From Octopus vulgaris (lineage: Eukaryota), in NCBI GenBank assembly GCA_951406725.2, contig OX597826.1, forward strand, positions 83,638,001 to 83,702,000: a stretch of DNA of 64,000 bases. Direction: 5' to 3'. Positions 62,444 through 64,000 of this stretch are shown piece after piece; positions within the stretch are counted from its first letter, which is position 1, and each line of letters starts with the position of its first letter. Both the position numbers and the translations under genes were made by a program. Under the pieces are notes generated by a model. That model saw only the letters and a program-made list of their open reading frames with translations. It was not told the DNA's origin and did not search any database.

Positions 62444-63325
62444 CCTGTTGTGTCCACTGCTTTGATTGATTGATATTGGCGTAATTTGTCTCTTGCTCCA
62501 TTGTGCGCTAATATGCCACCCAACCAATCGCAGCCTTCAAATAAGGTGATGTGTGACAGCCTGTTTTTCTACCTCAGCTGAGCCCACAATTAATTATAAA
62601 AAAACCTAACTTTTCCTCGTCTCAAGGTCTTTGGTTTCAGACCTTTTATGGTCTGGCCACTGACCATACAAGACACCGCCAGTTCCAGTGACAACACAAC
62701 AGCAGCCACGTGGAGACTCATCAACCTCGTCCAGCAGCATTACGGCAACCTCCATCTCCGTTGCCACCATTTGTTTTAACGTCAACATCTCTTCCAGCTT
62801 CCAACACTCCACTGTTCATGAATTACTTCACCATGGACCAACAGCGAATATACAACCTGCAAGAACTCCTGTACCAAGTGACCCAGGCAGCAGCATTACA
62901 GCCACAACTTCACGTACAACATGTACCACAACTGGCTCTGCATCATGGCTGCAACTTCTTGATACAGTATTTCAACTATCGTGTACCATTGACTATGAAC
63001 TGGTGTTTACCATTCTTGTGTCTATGAACTTCTCACTTCAATGGCTACAGACTCTTTCACTGTCTCTTCTTCATTGCTATCCTTATATGTTCTTAACAAG
63101 TATATGGCCATGCCTACATACACACACATACATCTTGTTCTTGTGACGGCCTGTCTATTATTCTGTATATATGACACACACACAATCACACGTGTTAATA
63201 TATCAATAAATCTTCTCTTAAACATTCTGCCCGGTTGTGTCTCTCTTTTCCCTCTGGCACATAAATGTATTATTGTATTGATTGTGTGATGTACTAAGGA
63301 GCCATTCTTGTCACCTCACTTCACA
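62444..63325 (+). mobile_element. Possible solo LTR
   Basis: Flanked by TGGAC direct repeats, TGT..ACA ends, and CCAAT, TATAAAA and AATAAA in promoter-to-polyA order. Confidence 0.4.
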
Positions 63326-64000
63326 TGGACGTTTCAAATTGGTGATACGTTCCAGCTCTTTGAAACAGAAAACAATTACAATGGGAGAAGGAGATACTCC
63401 ACAGGTATCTAAACCTTCAGTTCCATTATAGTTTAATACAAGAAAACAAAACCATGAGTTTGAAGGTATGAGAATAAATTGCGGAGGGAAAGGACCACCT
63501 TGAGACTTGAATTAGATGAATTTATAAACAGGGAAGAAACAATAGAAACCATTTATTACAGAAAAAAGATTTTCTGGGTGAATAACGCAAAATATAATTT
63601 TAAAATATTACTAGAAAATAGTTTGGTTATATAAGTTAGAAATAAGATCAGTAAAATGAAGTAAAATACAACAATATGAATCTAAAATCACAAGTTTTTT
63701 TTTTGATGGGTAGAAGAATGTGAAAAAGTCAGAGAAGAATCCTTCTAAGTTCCTGCAAAATCAAACTGTCTGAAAAAAGAATTGGTAGCAAAGATGTATT
63801 AAAGATATATTTCAAAAGATTTGGGATTACACAATGATATCTTCTTTAATATTTTGTTGTGAAGGAAGGATTTAGCAACAAGTATTTCCTGTTTTTCAAT
63901 TAGTCAAGTAACATTATTTTCTCCGGTCTGTATTTGAATGAATAGGATAGTTTAAAAGTATTTGTAGCTAAATATTTTCGTAATAGTTTTACTCTGAAAA

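Overview
AT-rich eukaryotic non-genic DNA (intergenic or large-intron), saturated with microsatellites and transposon remnants. The SINE/RTE families and repeat density suggest an octopus or other cephalopod (inference). No host protein-coding exon is recognisable, and most ORF-track entries are microsatellite artefacts. Recognisable elements are Penelope-like (GIY-YIG) retroelement remnants, R4/Dong-type RLE LINEs stacked in (TAA)n, RTE LINE fragments with (GAT)n tails, tRNA-derived SINEs, Tc1/mariner derivatives, a Helentron-like element and foldbacks. The main signal is RNA structure: about 11 hammerhead-ribozyme motifs, five of them co-oriented at 35.26-37.83 kb. Four belong to one repeat family (6631+, 35261+, 36512+, 39001-) whose three hammerhead strands lie in a NON-circularly permuted order (III-UH-I, II-GAAA-III, I-CUGAUGA-II), with compensatory changes in stems I and III between copies. 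All calls were made by eye, and boundaries of old repeats are approximate.
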